Of a stretch of 64,000 nucleotides of DNA, positions 40,701-53,697 are shown piece by piece. The DNA is taken from the NCBI RefSeq assembly GCF_009914755.1, contig NC_060928.1. The stretch is one strand, 5' to 3'. Positions within the stretch are counted from its first letter, which is position 1. Each line of letters begins with the position of its first letter. A model generated the notes under the pieces. It did not search any database and was not told the origin of the DNA. It saw only the letters and a list, made by a program, of their open reading frames with translations. The position numbers and the translations under genes were made by a program. The stretch is from the human T2T-CHM13v2.0 reference genome, Homo sapiens.

Positions 40701-42627
40701 CCTCCCTTTGGTGCATAATATTGAAACAAAGCATCTGGTAATATAGCGAGATCCTTTTGACATCAAATACAGAAAAATAAGACACCCCGAGATAAGCTAA
40801 CTGGCTAGATAAGACTTAACTGTATTTGACTAAAATTTTTAAAGATACAGTAAGAAGAGATAATTTAGGAAGTCAGTGCATTTTGGATTGTTAGAGCTTT
40901 AAGAAACTTTTTTTGTTTTACATTTTTGATCAGCAACAAAAACTTCTCATTAGTCATTCAATTATACCTGAAATTTGGCCTTCCCCTAACTCTTAGACAT
41001 TCTTTTGCCTTCCTCTCTATGTTCAGAATAGGAGTAGAGAAACTTTTCAGTGGAAAAATTCACACTGAGTTTTGGCTTTGTTCCATATTTATGTTGTCAT
41101 ATTAATTTTAAGGTTTTAAGATTAAATTAGACATGAAGCCAAAAAAAAAGAAAGAGAAGTTTATATCATGGGACTTGCCAGAGACAAATGCTCCAATTCA
41201 GTATCATGCAGTTACTTTCCTTCCCAGATCTATCTTGATTGAGACTCGTTTGTCAGAGAAGACACATTTTTATACAGACTAAAATGAAACAAAATGCTTT
41301 TTTAGTGCAAGGGTTAACATTACCCTCAGAGAGAACAGCCACGGCAACCAGGAGACCCTCTGTTCCCAACATATAAATAGCTTTACTCTCTGATTTCCTC
41401 CGTGACTATTTGTAGAACACAAGGGATCTAGAATATGGCCAATCTGGCATCCAATGCCATATAGACCAGACAAACCTAAATCATTAAAAGCCATCTCTAA
41501 TCCTAACCTAAAAGTACTCTGAAACCATAGAATTTTATTAGTAAGTTTAATTTAAAACTGCGCATTTAACATTTACTTATAAAATGCTATATAAAATTGA
41601 CATATTCTCTTTCTACTCCAACTTTAACTTAAAATATATACACTCACACACAGACACACACACACGCATACATACAAGACATGCACATACATATTGAGTG
41701 CAAATTTCTGTCTTAAGGAGTGTCTGAAACCTTAATTAGGATGACTGAAGATAGGGGCATTATCGTTACGTATAACACTCAGGCTTTCTTATGCCGATTT
41801 CCTTAAAGGCCTGTGGTGATGGGACTTTTCCTCTGCTGGATGGAAGACATCTGTTCCCTGGTAAGGCTTATCTTACTTATCATTTATTTGATATCCACTC
41901 CCCCTGTGGCACATTCCTGAACCATGCTCTATTGAATTATTTTTCTTGGTAGTTAAAGCACACTTTATGTTATAGTATCTTAAAAGGATATTGTTAATAT
42001 CTAAAATAGACTGATTTGTGTTCACTACTTTTCATTCCATGCCTCCCAGTGAGGTAGGTGCCAACAGGAAGAGAAATAATGGCAAAGAACTAGCCACAGG
42101 AATGAGATAAAGAAGGAAAGTGTCTAGCCAAAGTAGAAATGGGATAATTGTCTCTTAATATGTCATTCTTGTTCTATCCATTATCCTGGTGAATGGGAGG
42201 AGAGTGGCCTGTGTGATGGGGGTTGGTGGTAGCCGTTGAGGGCTAGGTCCGCTGTCAACCAGGGACCCCTCCTAGAGCACTGCCCATGGCCTGAAACGGT
42301 ATTGGTGCAAAAGAGGGGAGTTAGGTTGGTGAGGGCTGATGGCATTTAACTCAAGATGTGCAAATGAAAGGCACTGAGAACAACATAAATTATCCCTTAG
42401 ATATGAAAAAGCCCCACCCTAGGTGTTATTAGCTCCATTTCACAAAAGATAAGGTGGTGGCATTAATCCAATAAAATATAAGCCTATTTGGTTTCAAAGC
42501 CAGGTTCATGCTCCTCTATGACACTGCAGAAAGCCCAACGTCCTAGATTGAAGTCAAGACCGGGGCATATCTTCAGGTCATGGAATCCAGGAGCATAGAG
42601 TTAAGTGCAAGTCAGTTGTGCACATAT

Positions 42628-42630
<3 letters not shown>

Positions 42631-42675
<45 letters not shown>
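42631..42675 (+). repeat. (TA)n microsatellite at an Alu tail
   Basis: Pure (AT)n run abutting the poly-T. Confidence 0.95.
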
Positions 42676-42706
<31 letters not shown>

Positions 42707-42880
42707 AGACAGGGTCTCACTCTGTCGCCCAGGCTGGAGTGCAGTGGCATGATCATGGCTTCCTGCATCCTTGACATCCCCATGCTCAAGCCATCCTCTC
42801 ACCCCAGCCACCTGAGTAGCTGGGACTACAGGCATGCACCATCACACCCGGCAAATTTTTGTAGAGATGGGGTTTCACTG
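42676..42880 (-). mobile_element. AluJ, 5'-truncated (right arm plus part of left arm)
   Basis: T-run, gagacagggtctcactctgtcgcccagg...gtagagatggggtttcactg. Confidence 0.9.
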
Positions 42881-43151
42881 TACATGTTTTTAATTGCAAT
42901 TTGTAGGTCTGAATTTCATTTGTTTAATGTAGTCCACCCTCTCTGGGTTTTGACTTTTAAGGATCGTGCAACATTAACATGTGGAAAACTTCCAAATGAC
43001 TTGTATTTGACTTTGGAATGCCTGGAGTTTAATATTTTGGATATTAACAATACTTTTAGCAAAACAAAAATACCAAAGTGAGGACTGTATTTCTCTTCCA
43101 CTCTGATAAAGAGGTCACTTAGAATAAAAGGGAAAGTGCTAAAGTGTATAT

Positions 43152-43455
43152 CTACACTGCCCAATTTGCTAGTCATTGGCCTTATGTGTCTATTGAGCAC
43201 TGAAAGTGTGCCTAGTTCAAATTGAAATGTGCTGTAAGTGTAAAATACACACCAGATTTTGAAGACATAGCTTGCAAAAAGTATAAACTGATTAAAAATG
43301 TTATTGATTACATATTGAAGTACAATAATGTGGATGTATTCATCAAAATAAAATGTATCATTAAAATTAATATTACATGTGGCTATTAGAAAATTTTAAA
43401 TGACATACATGGTTTGCATCTGTGGCTGGCATCATATTTCTATTGGACAGTGCTG
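43152..43455 (+). mobile_element. MER33 (hAT-Charlie MITE)
   Basis: ctattgagcactgaaagtgtgcctagttcaaattgaaatgtgctgtaagtgtaaaatacac...ctattggacagtgctg; homologous to 14253-14571. Confidence 0.8.
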
Positions 43456-45159
43456 GTCTATATTATCCCAAACTCTACTCCTCTATGTGTATATTCCATG
43501 ATGTATTCTAGTTTCCATGCATTTTCCAGTTCAGGGAATGCTCAATTATGTATTATACACACAATATACACCGTACTTTTCTCTCTAAGATATATTCCAG
43601 TTTGCCATGTATTTCCGAGCTCTGGAAATGTCAAGTTACATATTACCTCTGTATCTCTATGGTCCAAGATACATCAACATCTGATACTTTCCCTGGCAAG
43701 TGTGAAAGTGGCTTCTAAACTCTGAAGAAGAATTTTGCTAAGACTATAGGTAAACAAAATAATGCAACCAAGGCATGCTGCTATATGTAGTTAGTTAATA
43801 TTTTAACTATGTGGAAATTTAAGCTGGTTTTTATTTATTCCTCCCTTCACTTATTCATTTATTCCATAGATATGCCTGTTCATTTATTCCATAGACATTA
43901 ATGAGGGCTGTCTGTAAAAGGTGGCTTCTATGTTAGCTCCAGACCACAGAGACTGGAGACTTCCAAAAAATGCAAGGCATACTGTCCAGTTGTTGAAAAT
44001 GTCTTGATATAAATTACTTATGATTGCAATCACTCTCAGCACATGGCTTTGGGCATTCATTTGTGTATTCATTAAAATATAGGAACTACCTGATATTTTT
44101 ATGTATCTGTATACAACCCAGGAGACATCTCACATCTTAAAGAAGGAAACAGGCCCTGGATTTTATTTTTCCATAAAAGGAAATGTTCCCTAGGCTTTAG
44201 TGCAACAGAAAAACTGCCTGCAATATTTTTGGCTCTGTTAAGGGTTATATAATATTTTAAAATGATTGCTGCTGTCCATTTTAATATATTGTGTTGGAGA
44301 CCTTTGTACCTTTGAGGTTTGTCATCGTAAACAATACATCTAATAAATAAGCTGAGGCAGTCATAAATACAGATGATCTCTCATACCTCACCTGGTTTCT
44401 TTGCTGAATTGGATTTCTACCTATTTTCTCATATCTGCATTTTCTCTCTCTGTTGAATATAAATATTTTTTGAGTGTTATTTTGAAAAGATGTATTAAAA
44501 ACCATCAAGTATGATGAAGTGAGTGGATATAAAAAGTCCACGTACCTAAATTTACTATTGAGAGACAGTAAATTATTTTCTTTTAAAGGTCTGTTGTCAG
44601 AAAAATTTTAGGCTACAGTCCAAAGTAATCAAAGCCCAAATCATAGTTAACACTAGACATTAAAACAAGTTACTATTGCCTAAAAATATACGATACTTTC
44701 TTTGTATATAGGAATAGATCCATCACAGAAGGACTTCCAATCTCCTTGTGGGCAACAACTCTAAATACGCGCACCCCAGCCTCAGTGGAGGTCAAAGAAA
44801 CTGCTTCAAGGCTAGAACTACCCAGATAAGACACTCAGTTTTAGTGGCAAAAACATATAATCAGTATGAATTCTTCCTTAACATTTGGGCATGTAAACAT
44901 CAGATTGTACTTTTTCTAAATAAAATTAAATATGATACAGGCCTCATTCTCCTGCCCTTTGGAATTTCTCAGGCGAAGTTGTTTTTTATTTTTATTTTTT
45001 GAGTAGTGAGGTCCTCTGCCCGGTTCTTAAAAATACTCTAGGGCCTCTTGAATTCATTAGGGTATAAGCTAGACTAAAGTGATAGAGATCCATAAATTCA
45101 GAGGTTTGTACAAGTTAGAAAGGTTTCTTTCTCACATTAACTGCTGAGTAAGTGACCAA

Positions 45160-45417
45160 GGGTGACTAGGTCATGAGGGCAGAACCCTCATGAATGGATT
45201 TAGTGCCCTTCTGAAAGAGGCCTGGAGAGGCTGTTTGCCCATTCTGCTATGCGAGAACATTGCAAGAGGTTGCCATCTATGAGAAACAGGCCCTCATCAG
45301 ACACTGAATCTGCTGGCACCTTAATCTTGAACTTCTCAGCATGAGCAATGAATTCTGTTGTTTATATATTATCTAGTTGAAGGTATTTCATCATTGCAGT
45401 CTGAATGGACTAAGACA
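45160..45417 (+). mobile_element. MaLR LTR (MST/MLT1A-like), 5'-truncated
   Basis: aggtcatgagggcagaaccctcatgaatggatttagtgccctt...gaatggactaagaca. Confidence 0.8.
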
Positions 45418-45789
45418 TGGTCCATCTGAAACAGGCTACTCGACCTCTTTTTATTGATTTAATGGGCATTGATCTATCTGTGTAGCCAGCTTTGTCAACT
45501 CCTGGAAACAATATGGCAATAGGGTTCTAGGCTCTGCCATTTGGAAACCTCCTGCCCTCATGTCTTTCAGTTTGCTGAAAACAATTATTTCCTGGGTTTG
45601 TGCCACTTTCTTATTCTTAAATCCTTCAAATTCCAGTCTTTGTACCCACTAATTCTGAGACGATTTGATTCTATTCTTCATAGGCCCCTGAACTCTCCAA
45701 GGATATAAGTAAAAATTTTTTTTGAGAATAATAAAAACAAAATGAATTTTAACTCTCCCTAGGATTAATAAAATTATAGTTATTAAACT

Positions 45790-46105
45790 GGATGTCACAA
45801 ACTGGCAGCTGTGGACAGACTAAGCCCATTAATGTCTTTCTTTTGTTTATTCTACATTTTATTGTTGTTATTAAACTGAATTGCTTTACCAACATCTTTT
45901 AAATGTCCATATTTGTGGCTTCTCATGGAAATCTGGAAGATATGGAATGTGGAAACTGTGGGCTTGTATTCCCCTAGGCATGGAGCTGAATAGCAGCTGT
46001 CTTATTGTGAAAGACCACGCCACATCACCATTCACAAACACCTGACCTGCATCACTCAATTATATTACCTGCCTAGCCCAAGGAGGCATTTTCTTTGAGA
46101 TGCCG
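45790..46105 (+). mobile_element. hAT-Charlie MITE (MER102-like)
   Basis: gtcacaaactggcagctgtgg...cactcaattatattacctgcctagccc. Confidence 0.6.
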
Positions 46106-47254
46106 CTTAGAGCAAAGAGAGCTGGCTCTTGTGCAAGGGAGAGGGAAAAATAATTAATTTTTGTCTTCTTTTGAGTGTCTACAAAGCAAAAATTATTAGG
46201 TACCCCACAAGCTCCCCTGAAAAACTGAATTTAACAATATTTTGCTATTAATAATATTGTGCGAGTATATAAGAAATGTTAGTATATGAAAAGCAAAAGA
46301 ACAGCACAGTGATCCAACTATGGTGACAGCCTACATCTTGCAGTAAAAAAACCCACTACTACAAAGACTGAAATAAACAGATTATAAAAGATACCAATTT
46401 ATTTTCACTTGGCTGAAAAATCAAAGACCTTCAAGTAGAAATTCTAGGAGAATGCTAATTTTAATAATAAGAAAACATAGGAAGAAGTTATTTTCACTTT
46501 TCCCCTAATCATAATTCTAAAGGAAATTCTGCAATGGTTTACTACTTGTTTCTCTTATGCTGAATCCCAGTGAGCTCTTCTAAATTGTGTATTGGTTCAT
46601 ATCCTATCTATTATTTCAATTCTCTGTGATTTTCTTATTATATAAGACAATGATAAATACATATTGAATAATCAGTCCTTTGCAGTATTCATTAAAAAAG
46701 TTATTTTAACATATATGCCAGGCACTTTGCTTGGTTCTGGAAATTCAAGGATAAATAAGACAAACCGTTCTGAGGTTGCATATATGGATAAGCCAGTAAC
46801 ACCCACAAAACATCTTGTAAATTATCATACTATGGGATGTTTAATTCTATATGTTCTGTCAACTGGGTATTAATAACCTAATTAATAACCTTTTCATCAA
46901 TGATGCCAAAAATAAAGAACAAACAATTTAAAATAATTTAAGCTGGTTCTGTAGAATTAACCTTCTAGCAATGGTAAGCTTTGAGATAGAAAATGCCCTC
47001 ATAATACAACAAATCATGGAAAAATTGGGTCAGAGCATTCATACATTACAGAGGAGAATTTAAGGTGAAGCTTAGGCTTTTGAGTGCTGGGAGTGTTCAG
47101 AGTTATAGAATGTTCTAGATGAGAAAGTGGAGTCAGGATGCCAATAGGAAGAATTTCTATGTAATCATTTTTGATAAATTACCTTAAATATTTTAGAATA
47201 TAAGGATCTGAGTCTTCAAGCTTCCATAATTATTGTTCTTTGTTTTCTCATTCT

Positions 47255-47372
47255 AAATGAATATTAAATTTTACCTTAATTTTGCATTTATAATTGTGTA
47301 TCATTCTTCCTAAAGACCCTTTTCCTCCCCTTATTATATTGACTTCAGGTCCCACAAAACCTGGATCTGCCT
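47255..47372. mobile_element. hAT-Tip100-type MITE fragment (MER91-like)
   Basis: cttcaggtcccacaaaacctggatctgcc terminus; family uncertain. Confidence 0.45.
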
Positions 47373-48291
47373 GTTGTGTGGACATCATAGTGAGGTAGAA
47401 TTGATAGAAATAACTTGAGTATGAGGCATTTTTGAACACTTTAATGAATAACCAGAAGAGATACTGTTTTAAAATTGCAAACAGAATGGCAGCATACATG
47501 TTTATCTGGGATCTCTTTTCTTTTCCAGTTGTCTGCTTAAGTGACTTAGGCTGCTTTAGTGGCAGACCTGAAGTTGTGTATAAATTCCTTAGTATCCTGA
47601 AAAAGAAGGAATTCATGTGGGGCCAAGTTGATGAAGGTCCATGAGCTCTGTTGGAGGCTTTCCTTTCCAGCAGACTCTGAGGCAAAGACCACCATCCTTC
47701 TAGAGAAAGTTCCTAGCCAACCAGGCACTTAATTCACTTCTGTGCTTAGAACAGAATTATCACTCAGATGTCATCATCCCTGTGGAAAAGCTAATGATCC
47801 CAGAGATGCTGGCAGCCTCAGAGGGTATTTCATTGTTGGGTTAAATTGAGCCCATTTCCTGGGGTTAGACGAAGACCTCTCCCACCTTCCCCTCACAATC
47901 AGAGTAACCTTTACACCTTGAGACCCCAGTTTGTCTACTTGTCTTTCTACCGGAAAAGAAACTTTCATTTTTACTTCATTACTAAAAATTCCTTTCTGGA
48001 TTTGCACATCTGAATAGATGCTGAGGTAACCACGTGCCCTGACACCAGGAGGCAAAGTAGTGACACTGTTTTTTTAAGGGGCTCAGTAACTTGATGGAGG
48101 AAGACCAAGCACAATATCAGATTGGACGGCTGCTACTAGAACAGAATTAATTAAGGTAACAGAAGTGCATTATGCTAAAATAATGAAGATATTAAAGGAG
48201 ATAAGATTGCTGAAAGAAAACAAAAATAACTTTCTGGAATAAAAAAAAAATAGAATGCCTTCACTTGGTTTCCAGAAAACCATATTCACTT

Positions 48292-48661
48292 TGCAATGGA
48301 CCAAATGTTAATGTTACACCAAAGCTCATTCGCTGAAATCCTCCTAACCTTCAATGTCATGATGTTAGGAAGTGCGAATTTTGGGAGGTTATTAGGTCAT
48401 GAGGGTGGATCCCTGAGGAATGGGATTTGTGTCCTTATAAAGGGGACCCCAGAGAGGGCCCTCACCCTTTTTCCACTATGTGAGGATACAATAGGAAAAC
48501 AGCTGTCTGTAGGAAGAGGATCCTCACCAGAATGCCTCGACCATGCTGGCATCTTGATCAAGGGCTTCCAGCCTCTAGAAAAGCAAGAAATGTATTTCCA
48601 TTGTTTACAGGCAACCCAATCTACGGTATTTTTGTTGCAGCAGCTCAAATGGACTAAGACA
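48292..48661 (+). mobile_element. MaLR solo LTR (MSTD/MLT1A-like)
   Basis: tgcaatggaccaaatgtt...ttaggtcatgagggtgga...aatggactaagaca. Confidence 0.85.
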
Positions 48662-48842
48662 CTTTTGTTTATCCCTCTGTCTTTTCTCAGTCTCTTCTGA
48701 TGGATTCCTTTCTTCTTCCAGAGCTCAAACCTTTGTCATCGTCATTATCGAAAGTAACCTCCATATGCAACTCTTTATGCCAGCTATGCCCAAATTAATA
48801 TCCCAACTGAAATCTCTCTCCTGAATTCCAGGCTTATGCATC

Positions 48843-49455
48843 TGAGGTAGGCAGAAGAGTGTCCCCCAACTCCCCAAGTGATGTCCCTACCCTAATCTGT
48901 GGAACTTGTGAATATGTTACCTGATATGGCAAAAGGGGCTTTGCAGATGTGATTAAGGTTGAAGGTCTTGAAATCGTCAGATTATCCTGCATTTTGTAGG
49001 TAAACCCAATCTAATCACATGAGTCCTGAAGCCTGGAAGTGGAAGAGAGAGGAAGTGGGTCAGAGAGAGGACAGGAAAGAAGGCAGGAGAGATGCGAAGC
49101 ATGGAAAGGATTCTTTTATTCCTGGCTGGAAGTTGGAGAAGGAGGGTAACAAACCCAGGAATGTGGCTGACCTGTTGAAGTTGGGAATGGCCCTTTGCAG
49201 ACAGCCTGCAAGCAGACAGGAATCTCAGTCCTACAAGTGCAAAAAGTGAATTCTGCCAACAACTTGAATTAGCAGGAAATTGATTCTCTCCTAAGGCCTC
49301 CAGAAAGCAATGCAGCCCTGCCCACAGCTGGAGATTGGCCTGGTAAGATCCATGTTGGACTTCTAACCTACAGAACTATAAGACAATAAATTTGTGTTGT
49401 TTTAAACCATTAAGTTAGTGGTAATTTGTTACAGCAGCAATAGAGAACTAATACA
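48843..49455 (+). mobile_element. MLT1 (D/E-like) MaLR solo LTR
   Basis: tgaggtaggcagaa...tgtgaatatgttacc...gtaatttgttacagcagcaatagagaactaataca. Confidence 0.85.
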
Positions 49456-49459
49456 ATAC

Positions 49460-50635
49460 CCAACTGCCAACTTGACATCTCCATTTAGATATTCAATAGA
49501 CATTTTAAACTTAGCACATCTAAAATTGAAGTCTTGGCTGGGTGTGGTGGCTCACACCTGTGATCCCAGCAATTTGGGAGGCCAAGGTGGGAGGACCACT
49601 TGAGCCCAGGAATTCAAAGTCAGACTGGGTAACATAATGAGACCCCCATCTCAAAAACAAAAACTGGTTAACATAGTAAAATTGAAGTCTTGTTCTTCCC
49701 CAAAACACCTGTTCCACCTATGGACTTGCATATCTCAGTTAATGACAATTTTGTTTTTCTGATTGCTCAGGCCAGAAGCCAGGGAGTCATGCTTGATTCC
49801 TCTTTCTCTCACACAATCCATAGTCAGTCTGCTAGGGAATTGTATGTGTTCCGTCTTAGAATATGTCCATGCCTCACCTTCCCCAGTATCACTACTCTGG
49901 TGCCAGCTGTCATTATCTTTCACCTAAACTACTGCAAAATCCTCCCTATGGGTCTTCCTCTTTAATACTTGACCCTGAGAGCCTGTTTTCAACAGAGTAG
50001 AGAGTGAGCCTGTTAAAACATGTCACATCATATGACTCCTGTGCTCAAAATCCTGCAACAGCATTTCACTGAGAATAGAAGCCACTAGAGGGGACACAGG
50101 GCCCTAAGTTATCCACTCCAGCCTCCCCGTGCTATTTCTTTTTTTGTTTTCTGACTTCATCTCCTGTTGATGCTTTCCATTACTCACTCTTCTCCAGCCA
50201 CATTGGTACCCAAATTAGACACTTTCCCACCTTATGGTCAAGGTCAGTTCACTTGTTCTCTCAATCAAGGAAGCTCTCCTCCAAGGTATCACTGTGGGAA
50301 CTGCCTGACTTCCTTCACATCGTTACTCAAGTCTCAATCTCCCAGTGAGGCCTACTCTGCCAATTTAATACAACCTTCTGCCTTCCTGCATTTTTTAAAG
50401 TCTCTCTTTCCTTACTTTTATTTTTTCTTCTCTTCCTTAGCACTTACCACTTACTAATATGTTAAATAATAAACTTAATTTTATGTTTATTGTTGATATC
50501 TGTCTTTCCCCACTAAATTATAAGCTTTGCATAGGTAGGAATAGTTACCTGTTTTATTTATTGATATGTCCTAAGACCCTTGATTAGTGCCAGGAACACT
50601 AGAGATGTGCAGTAGCTATTTGTTGAATAAATATG
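49460..50635 (+). mobile_element. L2 LINE 3' region, interrupted by FLAM
   Basis: ttgctcaggccagaagccagggagtcatgcttgattcctctttctctc ... tail atttgttgaataaat. Confidence 0.85.
49536..49663 (+). mobile_element. FLAM_C-like Alu monomer
   Basis: Single left arm with A-tail; perfect TSD taaaattgaagtctt at 49521-49535 and 49677-49691. Confidence 0.9.
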
Positions 50636-50649
50636 CAATTAAAAAAAAG

Positions 50650-51125
50650 TAGAGGAAATGAAAACAAAAAGAAAATGGACCTTGCTGAACTGAATTAATA
50701 ATCTAGAAGATCGGATTGATGTACACCCTCACAACATACAGCAAAGAATACTAAGAAATGGGAACCATAATTTAAAAGATAAGAGATAAGGTAGCTAGAT
50801 TCAGGAGTTTAATATGCAAATAATAGTAAGTTTAAAAGGAGAAAGAGGAACAGATGGAGGGGAAGCAACAACAGGAAGAAAAAAAATCCTGAGCTGAAAA
50901 AGTCTTGCATTTTTAGATCAAACTAGCAAGAACCTTTTATCTTTTGAGAGAATTTGACAGACCAAATAGCCAAAGAATAAGTAAATATGTAAAGAATTTG
51001 AGTACTAAAATTAAAAGACTAATTATCTATAGCCATGTCTATTTCTATATCCTACAAACAGAGAATACATGGTCTTTCTTTTCTTTTGGCTTTGAGACAC
51101 TTACAAACATTACTCACACTTGAGA
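50650..51125 (+). mobile_element. Ancient L1M/HAL1 fragments
   Basis: A-rich ORF1-like (ggaacagatggaggggaagc, cctgagctgaa) and EN-like (cctacaaacagagaatacat) remnants. Confidence 0.5.
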
Positions 51126-51199
51126 ACTAATAGAAGAGTTGATTAAATTGTTGGTGGATTTGGATATGGTGGAGGATGTGGGGACAGACATAGGAGTCT

Positions 51200-51415
51200 T
51201 ATTCCACTTGGCTTGGCTCTGGCACTTTTGCTTATTTGTTACATAAATGTTGTCAAATTACTCAACCTCTCTAAGCCTTGGTTTACTGTAAAAGTGGGAG
51301 AAAACCTGGTTGACAGAACTCCTGTATGTGAAAATGAGTAAATGCTTTTACAAGACCTAACACAGTGCCTGGCATGCTTTTGGAAGTCGGCAAAGAGTAA
51401 TTATTGTTATTAGTA
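51200..51415 (+). mobile_element. MIR SINE
   Basis: caaattactcaacctctctaagccttggtttactgtaaaag...acacagtgcctggcat. Confidence 0.7.
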
Positions 51416-53473
51416 ACTGGGAGTTGTGATAGTAGGGAACTTAGATAATGTGTTAGCAGACCAAATTGAGACGCTTTCTTCCCTGTTATTGAGATAACTT
51501 TGAAAACAATTTCTACAGAGTTCTCAATGGAAGGCAGCAAGGAAAGTAGGTAAACAAGACCTACAGCAAAATAATTGAACTCTTAAAATTGGCAAATAAC
51601 CATCATTGATGAGACATATTTTAAAATAAGCACTCTTGCATAGCATGCATTTCAAAATTATCAGTGACAATTTAGAATGTTTTATAATGTATTAATTCCA
51701 CATTATGGTCACAGTAGCGGAATTGAAAGATTTGATATTCTTTTCTAATAATTTACTAACGGTCTCTCAGGAAATGATTTGAGTAATGGAAAAATTCAGG
51801 TTGAAACTGCTTTTAAGGGCATTAAGTATCCTTTAGTAAAAGCAGTTAAAGTTATACTAAATAGTTTCATAATTATTTAATGGCTCTAGTCTGCTTTTTT
51901 AAAATGGAAGTGGTTTAGTGTAACTTCCTGAAGTGAATTCCTGGTTATTAGCCCAAAGACAAAAGGTAAGATATCTGCACAAGTTAGAAAATTTCAGGGA
52001 GATTGTGGCATCACAGACTCATTTTCTTCATTCTCCTAAGTACTGAATCATCCACCCACAGTCTGCTAGTGTTGAGGAATGCAGGAAAAGCAGGGCAGTG
52101 TTGGGATTGCTTTGCTCCTTTTGATAGCCCCAGCACCAAGCACCGAAGGGAGCACATTGTGGGCATTTGTGAAACACTTGCTAATGGAAAGAATCATGAA
52201 AGAATGAAGAATAGATAAATCTTAATGGCACAGAGCCTAAGGTCATGTCAGTAAACCCCTTCTCCAACCCTGCTTCCTTTCCTATCAGACAGTGATTGAA
52301 TTTCCAGACCTTAATGTCAACTGTTTATCAGCTGGGCTTCTGAAACCTGTTTAATGGCTTCTGTGATGCAGTTTCTTCCTGTTCTGGATTGTTTGAGCTC
52401 CATATATAGGAGGTACCATCATCATTTCAGAGACATCAGTATAATAAGCCCAACGGGAGAATGATATGGCAATTTCTAAATTTCCTAGAAGGATCGCTCA
52501 GGAGGATGGGCTTGAGCAGGCTGCCTTCCATGTCACACCACCACTGGGCACATTTTGTTTTTTGGCAACTGCCCCAACAGGGTAAGTAAACTAAAATTCC
52601 CCAAAGAAAACTTACTGATGAAAGCCATTCAGAGTTTCATAGTATTGCTAAGAAATGTTCTTTTTTAATCTTAAGGCGGAAAAAGAAAATATCTGAGTGA
52701 ATATCCAATTTTACGTATTTGTTTATATAAAATAGTATCCAGCAATGTAAACTGCTTTGTTTAGGTATGTGTAAGAATGGGATCCTTGAGGAATTATGAA
52801 GCAGTTTTGTAAATTATCAGGCAAGTCTGCTGTTATTGGAGACAGTTCCTCCTCTGACCAGCTTGGCTTAATCTGGATCCCACAAGGCAGCAGTCTTTCC
52901 TAAGCTTCACCTATTCTGATTTGCCAAATGCTTTTCTTAATCATCTGGTGCTACCAGATGTCAGAATTCCCTGCTGCTATCTCTAGTATTGGTAGTCTCT
53001 CACTTGTGGTAAATATAGCTCATGTTGATTCAGTTGGCTTGTGTTCTGAACAGCTGGATGGGTATCAGGGGGCTTGGGAAAGAGGCTGAACTCGTCCTGA
53101 AGAGTCCTGAGAGACTTGGTCACAGCTGAAAGATTGAGTGCCTGAAAGAGCCCAAATAACCACAAAGCTTGTATCTTACATAAAATTTCCCTATAAAATG
53201 GAATCCTTCCGCCCCCATTTCTAGGTAAGCTTTATCTGTGCTTGCAACGTGATATGGAAGGCTGACACTTACCCTCTGTGTCCCTTCATTATAAATTACC
53301 ACTATGGAAATATTCATCACAACCCTTTTTCTTCTTAACAAGATTTGCCTGGGTCATCTGCTCCTCTGGTGATCTCACTGCGTGGTTCTTGGATGCCCTC
53401 ATTAGTATCGCTTGAGTTGCCTGTGACAAATATAGATTCCAGGGCTTTTCTCAGATTATTAGAATCAGAATCC

Positions 53474-53558
53474 AAAATTTTAAAGTAGCTCTCATTAATT
53501 GAGCACTAACTTGTGCCAGGCTATGTTCTGTGTACTATTATACGTAATATGCTATTAT
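53474..53558 (+). repeat. Direct copy of 54668-54751
   Basis: Manual alignment: 4 substitutions and 1 indel over ~85 bp. Confidence 0.93.
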
Positions 53559-53592
53559 GTAATGTATAACACATGACTATATTGTTATATCT

Positions 53593-53697
53593 GGTGTCTT
53601 CTGAGTTACTGAGAAACCAAAGACACAGCTCCCCAAAGTGAGAGATGCCTGTCGCCCATCCTACAAAGCTAGGCTGTCCAATGGGACATGTGTTTAG
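53593..53697 (+). repeat. Direct copy of 54165-54269
   Basis: Manual alignment: 9 substitutions over 105 bp, no gaps. Confidence 0.95.

Noticed and set aside
42578-43081. ORFs up to 158 aa
   Set aside because: Produced by (TA)n, poly-T and Alu sequence.
44392-44449. Possible 58-nt minus-strand exon ending CAG|GTGAGG
   Set aside because: Acceptor lacks a pyrimidine tract and the peptide is unrecognisable; consistent with chance.
47248-47728. 145-aa minus ORF and a possible terminal exon (DTKEFIHNFRSATKAA*)
   Set aside because: The ORF runs into a MITE fragment; no homology recognised, and no linked upstream coding exon or nearby poly(A) signal found.
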